A DNA stretch of 64,000 bases from Balanoglossus misakiensis (taxonomy: Eukaryota; Animalia; Hemichordata): NCBI GenBank assembly GCA_040954595.2, contig CM082577.2:8147846-8211845 (forward strand), given 5' to 3'. Shown in pieces: positions 24,527 to 38,100 of the stretch (the first letter of the stretch is position 1; each line of letters begins with the position of its first letter). The notes below the pieces were generated by a model. The model worked only from the letters and a program-made list of their open reading frames with translations, ran no database searches and had not been told where the DNA came from. A program made the translations under genes and the position numbers.

Positions 24527-26162
24527 ACAACACCAACCCTGGACAGAATAATAAATGCATTCCCATAGTTCATTTCAATCAAATATAAATATGCAAATCA
24601 GATTATTCATTACACTTGAAAAAAAGACATATTTCGCAGAATTAATTTTTACATTAATAGTCAGTTTACTCTTTGAAACAAAGTCGCTTCGGTAATTTCC
24701 TTCAGAGACAAACTTTGGTATTTATTGCTTCTTGCAAGATTCATTCTTGAGAAAAGCTACAAGAATACAAAAAAACTACAAAAACATAAATATGAACAAG
24801 AGAAGTGATGTCTATATGCAAAACGAAATTAAAAAAAAAAACTTTCAGCATATATTAATTTTTGCTTATAAACATTCCATGAAAGCAATTCAACCATGAC
24901 TGTCACATGTTTGTCTGAGGTGGGACACTTCTCTAATATTCCCTACGTAAAGTACCAGAGGGAATAGTCAGTAGTTCCAAATATCATGATTGTTATGATT
25001 GAAAGACCGGAAAGCACCAAAGCTCATTCACAGTTAGTGCACAGTGTGAGAAACTCTTCCATGAATCACCAGCTGCATAACAAACAAAGCATGTCACAAT
25101 TACACCAATTTTCTGGTTCCCATGCTCATAGTCTTGACGTGAAAGTTCAACGACCCAGGACAATCACGTATGATTCAACAAAAACCAATTGTTCATATAA
25201 AGAGACAACAATGAACAAGTACTTCCAGAACATGCCCAAGCACATCTTCATAGCATAACAAGGCTTAATTTTCATTTCAAAACAATGAGGTGGTATTCTA
25301 TTATCTCTCTGATATGGGCAGTTCAGTCAGTATTGCCTATATGTATAAATAATGGATATAACCCTTAAACCACCATGATCAAATGTTTCATTTACTGTGA
25401 TAAAGTTAGATCCCTGGGTGTACCCTCAATAGTTGTTTACTACAGAAAAAAAACAAGAATACAAAATATATACATGTACATATTTGCCCAAATCCTGAAA
25501 TCACTTCAATATCCTACAATTAAAAATATAATCTCAGAAAATAGATATATCATACAGATCTTAAAAAGTCAAATATTTTTTGAGTTTCCAGTAAAAGCAC
25601 TCAAGATTCTAGTACGTTAAACATCAAAGAACAATAGTGTTTATACATTTGTACATTTTAAGAATTTTGAATTTTTGCCAAACAAAAACACAATTGTGAT
25701 GTATATATATTATGTAGTAGTCCCACTGATGTTCTGTAATGGCATACGGCCAAAATCAGCATTTTAGAAACAATGATTCTACATTTCTTAATTCTTCTAC
25801 AATTTCAGAGGAAGTGATTCCGGCAGTCTGTAGAGCATGCACCAAGTCACTGATGCCGACATTTTCATAGTGAACAAATGTTCCTCTCTACTTTAGTAAA
25901 ATTGGGAAAAACCGTTGCAGAATTGAAAATGAAAGAGTGGAATTCTTTGAGGAGAGGAAATAATACTTTGCATTGTTGACATTGCCGTCAGTTGCCGTGT
26001 CACGAAAACCAGACGAAGCCACGGTTACCGGTCATGATAGAGGGCGCTGTTTGCAACGTGCCACTTCCTGACGACGGAATGTGACCAGGCCAGAAGAACT
26101 TATGCGAACTAGCAGTGACTGCAGTCCAGTTTAAAACTTCTTGATTTTCATTCCCTTCAAGA

Positions 26163-29100
26163 CTACAGAATGCTAACATGTCTGTTTGGACGTAGAAGGT
26201 TTTCCTTGTGAGCTTTCTGAAACAGAAAAGTGAATAAATGTTAATCAGAGAACAACACCTGATGTAGTGGACCGGTCTTTTTGCACACATGAAGCAAGTG
26301 GATCCCCCAGATACAAACTCTCTTCCCTTAAAGTTCCAGTACCTCCAACTTTGGGCTATTTTTTCTCAGTATTTTTGTGTTGGGTATAAACTGTGTTTTT
26401 TCGTACCAGTATGTAAAACATAAAGAATTGCCCAGTAATTTGGTTTTTCAATGTAGCCGTTTTGTAGTCATCAGCATTGGTATTGTTGAAAATTGACTTC
26501 AAGTTTCGACTTGAATTCATTTGTCACTTAAGGCTGAACATTTCATAAAGCTATCCAGAGTAGAATAAGAAACCAGAGTTGATACAAGGGAGAATTTTTA
26601 ACCAATGAATCTGGCGTAGACACCACAAACTTGGTTCAGTAATCACACCTTGAAACTGGTTTCCTTCTAATTTCATTTGCATATACTCACATCAAATTTG
26701 GCGGTGAAATCAGCAAATGTTTTGAAGAAGCTGTCCGAAGGAGTAGTTTTGGGATCTTCTCCAAAGAACTCCACCGTGCTGTTGTACTCGTCCATGACCT
26801 TGTCTTGTAGAGTGCAAAGGTCATTGATCTTGTCAGTAGCATCTTGGGTGGCAGCCTAAACACAAGTAAGAGAATTAAATATATGTTTCATGCATATCAT
26901 GTCTCAGAACTTGTGAAAATATGTCACCAAACCTGGTATATGCTATGGTTGAAATAAAGCCAAACTTCTTAACTATTAATGAAGATATTTTGTTTGAATC
27001 CACATGTCCATTGCCAGCACAGAATTATATGAACATCCCACACATTGCATGCTTGATCTTCAAAATTACACACAATAAAATTTCTTTTTTTTTTTCCAAA
27101 ATAAAGTTTAAGAAGGATACCTCCATGACTTCATAGAATTTATCTTCTGAAGTTGTCTGTTCAGCAGACTTGGATGACTGAACTGTCTCTTGGATTTCCT
27201 GTCAAAAATATATACATGTATATCTTTGTCAGAATATGCCATTTTCTATGAAGTGATAATTCTTGCGTGTTACAGCTGGTTAGTAGATCGAGATCAACCT
27301 ATAAAGTGTTTTGGTAAAGTGGTAGAAAGAATCAAGTGCCTGTTTAGAAGAAAAAAAAATTGCTTAAGGATGTACGATCAGTAAAGTTTAAGTATTAATG
27401 TCATAACACAAGCACGCTGACACCCTATATTTAAATACAGATTTTTATCATGCTTACAAAGTAGAAACCAAAAATCTACAATTAAAAGAAATGACAATAT
27501 TTTCGATTTTGCTGATCGTACATCCTTAAGACAGTAGCAGTGTCTGATGTCGCTTGCGGTAGACACTGAATAACATACCGTCAGTGTGTTCTTCAGTTCC
27601 TGGATGTCGGTAACCAAGTTCTTGTTGGAAATCTTAGACGCTGGTAAGACGTTTGGGATCTCTTCCGAGAAAGACAGCACTGCCGGAACTTTGTCATTCA
27701 CAGCCTTGGCCAGAACGTGAAGAAACGTGGATTTGTTGTCTGTGGTCTTTGTTGTATCAAGCTGTGCAGAAATAGCAGTAGATACAAGTAGAACAGTTCA
27801 GTTTTTTGTTCTGTTGTGATGTGTTGTGTTTTGCTTTGTTTGCTGTGATATGTAAACTCACCTCAGGTAGCAGGCTGATCTTGAATCCACTGGCATTTCC
27901 CACTCGTCTGTTGCCTTGATTCATGAAGTTACCCATGACCAGTACAAGCTGCATAGTGAAAAAAATATATCACAATTACATGCACATGAGGATGTTGACT
28001 TTTGCTACGTTAACTCCACATATTCAATACTAAAATTACATTTAGGATCTTTCAAGATAAAGAAACACACATATACATTGATACATGCTACATTGTATTT
28101 AGTTCATGACATCAAGGCACTGTTGAGGTGATGTACAATTTCACCCTTATACCGTGTGAAAACTCTCATGCCATAAATACAATCTCTGTATTTTAAAGGG
28201 TTTATGACATGCTTTGAAAAGTTTTCATTTTTCCCCATCTAAAGCTCACCTAGGGTACCCGTCTATGCATTGCCTATTGTGTCGGTTCCGAAAAATGTGC
28301 GCGAATGCCGGAATTTGCCACCTTTTTTCATGCCTGTGATCAGGGAGCCACTTCGCACTCGAGCCAGGCGAAGGTATTTGCATATGGACAAACAAGTACA
28401 CTAGGTTCTAGTGTACCATTCTGTTTACAGTAAAGTGTAATTAGCTGTCCATGAGTAATTAAGTCCACAGACAAAGGCAAGCTACATAAACAGTGTTCAA
28501 AGCAAAGGAAGCCCTTGCCTCACATTACAGGCAGAGGATTTACAAAGGTGTGAAAGACTATTTGTCCACATCAAGATAAGTCTTCGGCTTAACTTCGAAA
28601 AGCCGAAAAAAATCGACTGAGTTGGGTTAGGGGTACACGCCCACTCGCCACTTTTACTTGCCTGTTATCTAAGCACAGAGGGTGATACGCAATGCAAGAT
28701 AGTAACATACGTTAACTTCAAGACCCAAAGAGTGATTTTACGCGTGGTTGTATAGGGCATGGCATGAGACCTTTAACCTGTATTTATGTATACATATATG
28801 CACTCTTAGAAATACATGACTACCATGTAAATATGTAGGTAGGTGATGTCTGTTTGATGAAATGATTGATGAGACTATGGAACATTATTCTGGTCATGTG
28901 ACATCCAAAACTTACCTCAAGAATTTTTGCAAGTTTTCTGCTGGCTCTAACCTCGTTTGAAGCTCTCTTCATACAGTCTAAGGCACTTTCAATTTCGAGG
29001 TGTTTTTCGGCGAAATTGGACTTGAAAATGAGTCCTTGCAGACGAACTTTAAACTGTGGGACACTACTGATCTGAAAGACAAAAAATATTGTATTCAGAA

Positions 29101-32100
29101 GAAGTCTTATCAATTAGACACATCTTTACATAAGAGGGTGAACGAGAACATGAAACACAAATAGCAGCATTGTATAACTGGATTCATTAAGATTCGGCCA
29201 TACATTGCAAGTAAAACTTCTTTGGCTGAGCATGGAGGTATAGAAGTGAGATGATTTTAATGGTCTAAATCATATATTATTTTTGATTTTGTGTCAAGTT
29301 CACTCATCATTCCACAAAACTTTCTTCTTAGACACTAAAAGTGGTGGAATTGTTTGATTGATACACTTACCTCCAGAGCAAACTGATCTGGTTTGCTCAA
29401 AAGTTGCCTTTCATCGGGACCCACTTTTTGGAGTTTAACAATCTACCAGAGAAAGACAATATAAGATTATGGGGAAGTGATAAAGAGTTTGGATGAGCAA
29501 GAATGGTTAGTTAAAGGTATACGGTCACCTATGGAAAATTAGCTATAGTTACCATGGCGAATTGAGATCTAGCCAATCACAAATTTTCAGTGGGTGGCAC
29601 ACGCGAAAAAAACAGCGCCACCATGTGTTCTTTAGAACGCTCAAATATGCCATTTCAGCCATATATGGGCGTATGTAAATTGGAGGTGACTGTATACCTT
29701 TAAAGTATGACCATTGTATTATTGAAATTTTATGATTCCTATGAACATCAAATGCTTTCACTGCAAACAAAGACAAACTCCTTCTCAATAATTCAAAAAG
29801 CTTTCAAAGACAGTTCTGCCTATAAACAACAGTCGCTCAGACTGTCGGGCGCGAGAGAGGAAATTCTTACCTCTTCATTGGACGGTGAGAATGTGTGGAG
29901 TTGTTGCAGATGAGCTTGCACTAGTTTTCCTTCGTCCATGGTCAACAAGGCTGTAGTGATCTCCTCAGCCGACATGCGTGAATGGGCCAACAGAATGGCT
30001 GACAAGGACACATATTAATATGGCATGAATTCAATGTGAAGAGGTGCAGCCAAACAAACAATGACAAAATATGTGTTGTCAATAAATATTATTTCTTGTC
30101 ATATGTGTATACTTGCATCATCAGCAGAATATTAAACAATGGAATAAAAGGTCATGTGAGTTCATCATGGAAGAAGTTGCCATCACCATTGGTTACGCAC
30201 AAAGAGGTTATAAGAGCCCAACAGAATTAACCACACCAAAAGAAAGAATTTCTAAAGTTCTGTGGTTGGAGGCGCTGTACACATACAACACTCATAGCTC
30301 ATGCTGGGTGGGGTCATTTTCAGATGGTCGCGCAAATCAATCACATCAGGAAAATTCCAACAAATATAACACTTTGACTTACATATATTGTAAGCTTTCT
30401 TTGGATCTAGTATCTTCAGCTGCTCTTTTGTTTGGCTTTGTGGCCCAACAACTTGAAATAAGAAAGACAGCATATTTACAATATTCTCATAGACTCAACC
30501 TTAATAATATTAGGACGAGAGTATACATGTACAATTGTTGCCAGTATTTTTTTTTTTTGGGGGGGGGGGATGGGGGGGGGGGTGATTTCCAATCACTATA
30601 GAATCTGTGATATGTTTCATATGCAGATGACTTATAATAACATCAATGATGTGGATTTTAAGAGTGGTCAAACCCGTACGAAATATGCCAAACATAGTCG
30701 GTGAAAGAACAACATGTGGGAAAAACCTACATCACTAACTATAGAAATTGTGAATATAGTGGCCAAAAAGAATAGGTGTTAGTGCAGGCTTACATTTAGA
30801 ATGATTGCAGTATGGGTGTTTTAAGAGGTGGTTTAGTTTATCCAAGGGCTAAAATTATATGGGTATACCGGTATTATCTGTAGGGTTACAAGTGGGTGCA
30901 GTCCCAGAGTAAAAAGTTGGTCTAGTCCAAGGGCAATCAGAAGTGGGAAATGGATATACCGGTACATGTAATGTTAACATTTGAAGGTGGAGTAGGGGGA
31001 GTGTGGATTAGAGAGGATTTTTGTGGCAGAGCTTATTGCATGTGTGAGTGTAGTGTGTTGGTTTGTGGGAGGAGTTTGTTTGCATCTGTGTGCCCAGTGG
31101 GTTTGAGGGTGCAGTTTGTGCATTGGGTTGTGGGAGAACTGTGAGGTTCTGGGAGTGGGTGTTTGGGTTTGTGGGTGGAGTGAGGGTTTCTGGGTGGAGT
31201 GAGGGTTTCTGGGTGGAGTGAGGGTTTGTGGGTGGAGTGAGGGTTTGTGGGTGGAGTGAGGGTTTCTGGGTGGAGTGAGGGTTTCTGGGTGGAGTGAGGG
31301 TTTCTGGGTGGAGTGAGGGTTTGTGGGTGGAGTGAGGGTTTGTGGGTGCAGTCAAGGGCAATTTTTTTACCTGCTCTCTTTGCATTGGTGCTAAACTGTT
31401 CCTCCAAGTCCAACTGACGTACCACTTCATTGAGATCTTCCTCGTCTTCGGCATCCAGCTGGAAACAGATGGAAAAGTGATGACTGAATCACTAACCTAC
31501 AACGTACGTGTCTTATGTTGTAATACCTCTAGTGCCTAATAATTGGACCAACCCAAACCTGTGAAGACAAGATTACACCATTCATACTAGAAGAGGGTGT
31601 TTATCTGAGGCTTCTGAGGGTTACGGTAATCTGCAGTTTCTCACCTGTCCCCAGATTGTGTTTTGTGTGTTGGACACTTTCTCCCAGTTGATCCTCTTCA
31701 CTCTCATGTTGATCTCCGTCGGTTCCTCTCCCGGGAGCGAGGGCGACGGCGGCGGAAGAGGGAGAGGTGGCGCGTCGGGGATCGACGACGACGACGACGC
31801 ACTGGTCGCGTTGTTGTTGTTGTTGCCATGGTGTTTGTCGTGATGCATCTCGTCGATGATGACCAGCCGCTTGCCGACCACCGAGGCCTCCGGGCGCAGC
31901 AGGTCGTCCAGGCGATTGTCCACGCTGCTGCGGTCGGACGACTGCGACGTGTTGGCGGCGGTCGCGTTCGCAGTCGGGGTGGCGTCGGAGCTGCGTTCCG
32001 AGTCCCGACTCCGCCGCGATTCGTTCACCGTGAAAACGTACTCCTTCGTCTGACTGCTGCTGTCGGAACTGTCTGAATCAGACTCCGAACTGTTGTCACT

Positions 32101-35100
32101 GGCATTGCCAATGTTGACGACATCATCGTCATCGTCTATGTTTGTGATGTAAGTCCTCTTAGAGATCAACACGGGACTGCTGCCGTGCTTCTTGCCACGT
32201 CTGTGCGTGCCCACGTAGCCCGACGAGGATTGTTGATGTCTCTCCCGATAGACAGTCTGTGGTTCATCCACCGTAATGTTGGAGATGTCGTCTAAGGCGA
32301 CTGGATAATCATCTCTCCCATTGAGAGAACTTTTTGAGGACCGAGGCGTCGAGTGGTACGATACATTATCACTGTCAGAAGGGAAGGCTGTAAAAGAAAG
32401 AAATTCATACAATTCATGTGAATTGTGCACATATAACATTTGTGAGTGAACAAAAATTTACTTGCATGTAACTATCATGAAATCAAGAAATGGGATTATA
32501 ACTGTTGTTAATCTAGATAAGATATTACATGTTGATAATAATGTTTGTGTTAATATTATGCAAGCAACATTGATTGCCTGAGAATGCCATCAGTCAAATC
32601 AGTGCTGTGCAAAACTTTCATGGTTGGTGTTTTTTTTTTAAATTCTACTTCTTTTAGCAATGTATAAAGCAGTTATAGAATGTTTACTAATAGTAGTAAG
32701 AGGACATTTCCAAACTATGGATGTTAAAAATATTGTGATTTAAAAACTCGTAGCAGCTTCACCAAATGAAGTTAAAATAGCAATGGCATGTGATGTGAGC
32801 ATTTGCATTGCCATGGTTACGGTTACCTGCATTGCCATTATAAGCGGCGCTATTAACATGTTGCTGTGCATGTACCACTGCAGTGATTCGCTGACTCCGC
32901 TGCAGACTATCTGTCAGTGTTAATTCTTCCATAGCTGCTGCTTGCAAATCTCTCTGCGAATTCAAAAGTTCACTTACAGCATTTATACACACACATATAA
33001 TTGTGAGGTGGTGGGTTGGCTCAGTCTCTGGTTAAAGGTATACAATCACCCATGCAAATTTAGCTGCAGTTACTTTGAGAAAACGAGATCTAGCCAATCG
33101 CAGATTTTCAGTGGGTTGCACACACACAAAAAAAATGAGCTCCACCACACTCAGATACGCCAGTTTTGCCATTTATGGACATACATGTATGTAAATTGGA
33201 GGTGACTGTGTACATTTCATCCTTACCCTTCCGCCCCTAATTTTCCGTGAACACAAGCTCTAATCCAACTACAACATTGAAAACATAAGGATTGAACCAC
33301 AGCATGGTTAGAAAGGGGTGAAAGGGGTGAAAAAATGTCTATTGCATAAAATTTGTCGGATTCAAAGATGGGAACCTGAAGAAAAATAACAGCAAAATTT
33401 CTGACCAACCTGCTGGAACTGTCGCATTGTTTCCTCGTCTAATGTCAGTGTTGCAGCTTCCTGTTGAAATAAAAGCAATTTTTATGATCAGGCACAAATT
33501 TACAAAAAGATTCGTAATGGAGATGACATGATAGAAATACATCAGTGGTTGCATATTGCTAGCAATTGATAATGTGATTACATAATGTATCAGTATTGCT
33601 GTGGTAACCATGACAACAATAAATGGATGTATAAGTGGGTCTTTTGAATTATTATGACATGGTGAAAGAAAGATGAGTACTAAATGTTACTAAATGCGGT
33701 TTGTTTTTACACTGCATAAACAGAAACTCATAAAACAAAATAACATCAGACATAATGCAGGTAGTGAGGTGAATAGAATACAGTGTAATGCAAAAATAGG
33801 TATACCAGTATGTGATCTGCTCTATAACCGGCATATGACTACATGTGAATATCCCCACTGTGCCATCTGATACAACCCTCCATTGTGCTCACCTTTCTCC
33901 TTGTATCATACTCATAAGGCACTGGATTACTCGGTGTGATGTCACTGTCACTTGTCACATCATGAATTTCAATCTTTTGATTCCTCAGCAGCATCGGCGA
34001 CTCCCTGAAAACTGTTGAATGAAAGGTTCAAAGGTCATGCAGCCATCTCACTGGGCATAATTGGCATTTTTCATGTATCCTACATATTACACATCCACAT
34101 GTCAATAAAGTTGCCAAATATCAATTATAGATTTGCAGAGGAACAGTTGATAAAAGGTAAAAATACAGTAGACAAAGTGCACATTTTTAGAATACACTTG
34201 ACGTCAAGAACAAACATGTCTTGTGCGACATATGTACTTACAAGGAGTGGATTTTCTGGAATGTGATTGTTCGTTCTTCTCGAAATCTAACAATGCGGCT
34301 GCTATGGCAACTGTTTCCAATGGCAATAGAAAACAAGAGAGGAACACATTAAGCATATGACCACACAGCATTAACTATTTTCACTGTCAAACACTTTTCC
34401 CACAATAATTGGGGTGCACTATCACAGTCTACTATTAAAATTTCAAAACCAAAAAGGTACTACTATAACCAACAGTTTTGGAACAGTACACATGTACTTA
34501 CAGGTATTCAGAAATCAAATAAAGCATTTTGTAAAATACTTTTTTGGCGGAGATAATTTTGGTGTAATTAGAACTCCTGATAATTTGATTAGTTCAGAAA
34601 ACACAACATCAAGACTATATGCCAGTTTGGTCTGTAAATCACATCAAGAAAACAAATATGATGCCAGGCCATACAACATCAGACTCGAAAGGAGCATGTA
34701 CGGTATATAGTATGATACACCAACAAAGTTTAATCCACATTTCAAGTACCTGGAACAAACTCTCTGTCGTTTCTGTAAATAACATCTCCTCTTGTCGGGG
34801 TGACATCATATCGTCCACTGCGATTACTTGAAAATGATGACTTTTTGTACTGTTCCTCTGGGTGACTGATCGACTGCCACGGACTGAACTGAAGTCCCTT
34901 TCTCTTGGTACCACCGTAAGATTTGTCTGTTGAAATAATGAAAATTGACATTATTGCAGATATTGTATTGTATAGTATTGAATTGCTTTGTATTGTAATG
35001 TATTGGATTGTAATGAATTGGATTGTAAAGTATTGTATTGTATTCAGTGTAAACCAGCATACCGTTAAAGTCATTTTATAAGACGCTGAGTGACAGTGTG

Positions 35101-38100
35101 TGCCGAAAAGGGGGTGCGACTTATAATACCAATGTTCTGTTGTATTCATTTCCTTAAAATCTCCTCCCAAACAAGTCTTTCAAAGAAGGGGTGCGACTTA
35201 TAATACCGCTGCGACTTATAAAATGACTTTAACAGGTAATATAAATACTGTAATCATACTTCATCCATACCCATTCACAAGGAAAGGCTGTAATGTTACC
35301 AACCTGAAAAGTGGCGGTCCATTAAATGCAGCACTTTTTTCCAACAGAGAACTTGTTGGTCTGAAGGCAGTAGTTGAATGATGTAGTACCAGACGCCCTT
35401 TTTAGCAGGGGTGTCAAGCACTGGGAAAATGTCTATGATCAGTCCGTCGAGATTCCTGTAAAGAAAGAAACAGATCATTTGTTCTGAAAAAATCAACAGT
35501 CATTTACAGTGGTGTGTGTTTATGAGATCATAATGTCATATGTCAGGAATCATTGAGTTGGGTGAAGTTTAATCGACAATCTTGAACTAGGAAAATCTGA
35601 CAAAATTAAACTTGAGAGTTACAGAATGGTGGTGAAGTTCTGGGGCACACAGTGATGGTGCAGGATTAAATGAACTTCAACAGTTGTGGGCAGAGACTGC
35701 CCATTTTCAGCCTCTTAAGTACATGTACCAGTACCTGCATGTTTGACAGTAAATGTCCACCAGAGGATAGTTTAATCAGGCTTCACACAGTAAATAGCGT
35801 CCAGATTGACAACATTTTTGCACACAAAGAAGAGCAGTGAGAGTCAATGTTTGAGAGTCAAGCTTACACAATGCTACTGAGCATTTCTGCCCTGACACTC
35901 TGTGACCAAACAATATGGCTGCTTGCTTTTATGGATACAAATCAAACAGCTTATTGACAGCTGGTGGTTTGATGGATAAACTGTCTCAGTGCATTGCGGA
36001 GCTCATCAAATTGAGATGCAAATATTTTTTTATAATTTCTTCACCTTCCATAATTTTTTGAATTTTGAAAAAAAAATTATATCAAAGACTTGTCATCTTG
36101 TGCCGAGACTGTGTGTGTGATGTACATGACTACCAGCATTTGCAATTTTTTGTGATTACTCGAAGACATACAGATATTGGCGACAACTTTCTCGGGTCGC
36201 ACGTACATTTCTGCAAATCAACCTTGTGTCATCACCAACCTTGTGTCTGCATACGTCTGCAAAGATTTCTTCACCAACATCCTTTCCTTGGGAATCAAAT
36301 GATGCTGTAACTGCATTCAGAGATTAAAGTCAAATATTATCGTACTTTGTATTTGCACAGCTCCAAGTGGTTGTCATTATTCAAATTATGAAAAATGTAG
36401 ATATACACAAGAAAACATACAATCACTGCAGATGAATGATCATAGCAAAACTCCAATCCATGACAAGGGGTTTGCTTGTTTTGCAATTATTTTGGGAATA
36501 AATATTTCATCACTAAACACCAGATTGTTGTTTTTATTCCTAATAAACAGTAAACATCCTGAAAAAAAAAGATTTAGGGAGGAAAAAAACAAACACACCA
36601 TTTCTCGAAGGCTTCTTCCCTCATGGACCAGCTGCTGTCGGGACACACCTGAAATGGTGAATTCGTCACCACCACTGTAGGATCTGAGATGGGTCTGTTG
36701 GATGGGTTGAATATCCGGGAACCACTCAGATCCCGTGTCTGATGATGCAATGCTCGGAGAGAAGCGATAAGTGAGCTGGTTGTAGGCTGGAAAAGATAAA
36801 AAAAGCCAAGGCCCCGTGCGACAGATTATTCCAGCCAGACAAAGAAAGAGACATAGAGTTTTGGGGAAGAAATCCATCGCCATCACAGTTGTGTATAAAC
36901 TAGTGAGCTGCTACACGTGGACATTAATTACCTACCATCTTTGCAATATTGTTTTCTTATCGTTAATGATGTTTTGATCAGAAAATGGTTTTGTGACAAA
37001 GGTACCAACAATGCAATGATGAGTCTTTATATACATTCAAGAATCTGTCTATTACTGGTAATCTATCACACGGTTTGTCTGTCTGTATGTGTCTGTCTGT
37101 CTGCCTGTCTGTCTGACGTATTACTTCATATGATGGAAGAGATAATGATGACTGGAGCAAAAGAAAGATCCATAACCACAACTTGCAGAGGAAATAAACT
37201 GATGTTAGAATTATTTGATGGAGAGAGATGAAGTTGAAACAGTGATGAGCAGAAAGATTATAAGTGAGTCAATGAACAGACTAAAATCATTACAATATCT
37301 TAAAATATATAGCCAAGTATAGTCATTTATGCTGAATAGACAAATTTATTTTAAGTGCACACTTGTGAACAGTTATAAGTAATGCCAGGAACTGTCAGAT
37401 AACAGCAGAAGAATTAGATTATTACCAAACTCTACCTTACTACCAAAAATATGTTAATGATAATCAAGAAGAAAAAACACATACAAAACCTTAAAAATAA
37501 TGATAATACATACATAGAACTTTGCTAGTAGAAACCACTGAGTATAATGAAAACATGCACAGAGAGGTAAACAGGAATAGGGTGAATAAATGATTAAAAA
37601 ATAATTCAAATAAAATAATATTGTCTCATGTCATTTCAGTCAGAGAAGTAAGCTCATAATTGTCCGATAATATTTGTAGGCCAAAAATATTCTTGAATAT
37701 CGTTATTTATAGTTTTTTTTTTTCTGTTGCTCACCTTGTAAATCATGCATCCTAGGCGCAGATCCCGGTGACTGCACCACAACCGTCGGGGAACTGCCAC
37801 TTCCCTTCAACAGATCGATCATTTGTTGGTGGGATTTCTTGCTGACGTCAAGACCGTTCAGCTCCAAGATCTTGTCACCGGGCATCAACCCAGCCCTCAT
37901 GGCAGGGCCTCCTGAAAAAATAAAAATAAAAATAAAAGCATGACATAAAATCAGATCTTAGTGACAATTGCACCTAGCTTTTCTACTCTTACCCTTTCAC
38001 CCCCAGTTCCCGCTCTAGAGGTCCAACTTTACAATAGGAAAAAATGGGTTTGGACTGAACCATGGTGGTGAAAGGGTTAAATATCAATGCCTCACCAGAA

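Noticed and set aside
31008-31454. Pro/His-rich ORFs that could be taken for the formin FH1 domain
   Set aside because: They derive from an intronic 20-bp minisatellite lying after the start of FH2. The true exon ends at the GT donor at 31370.
33226-33375. Possible extra delphilin exon (VPIFESDKFY...GAEG)
   Set aside because: It would end in phase 2 and break the frame with the next exon. The model is continuous without it and the peptide looks non-coding.
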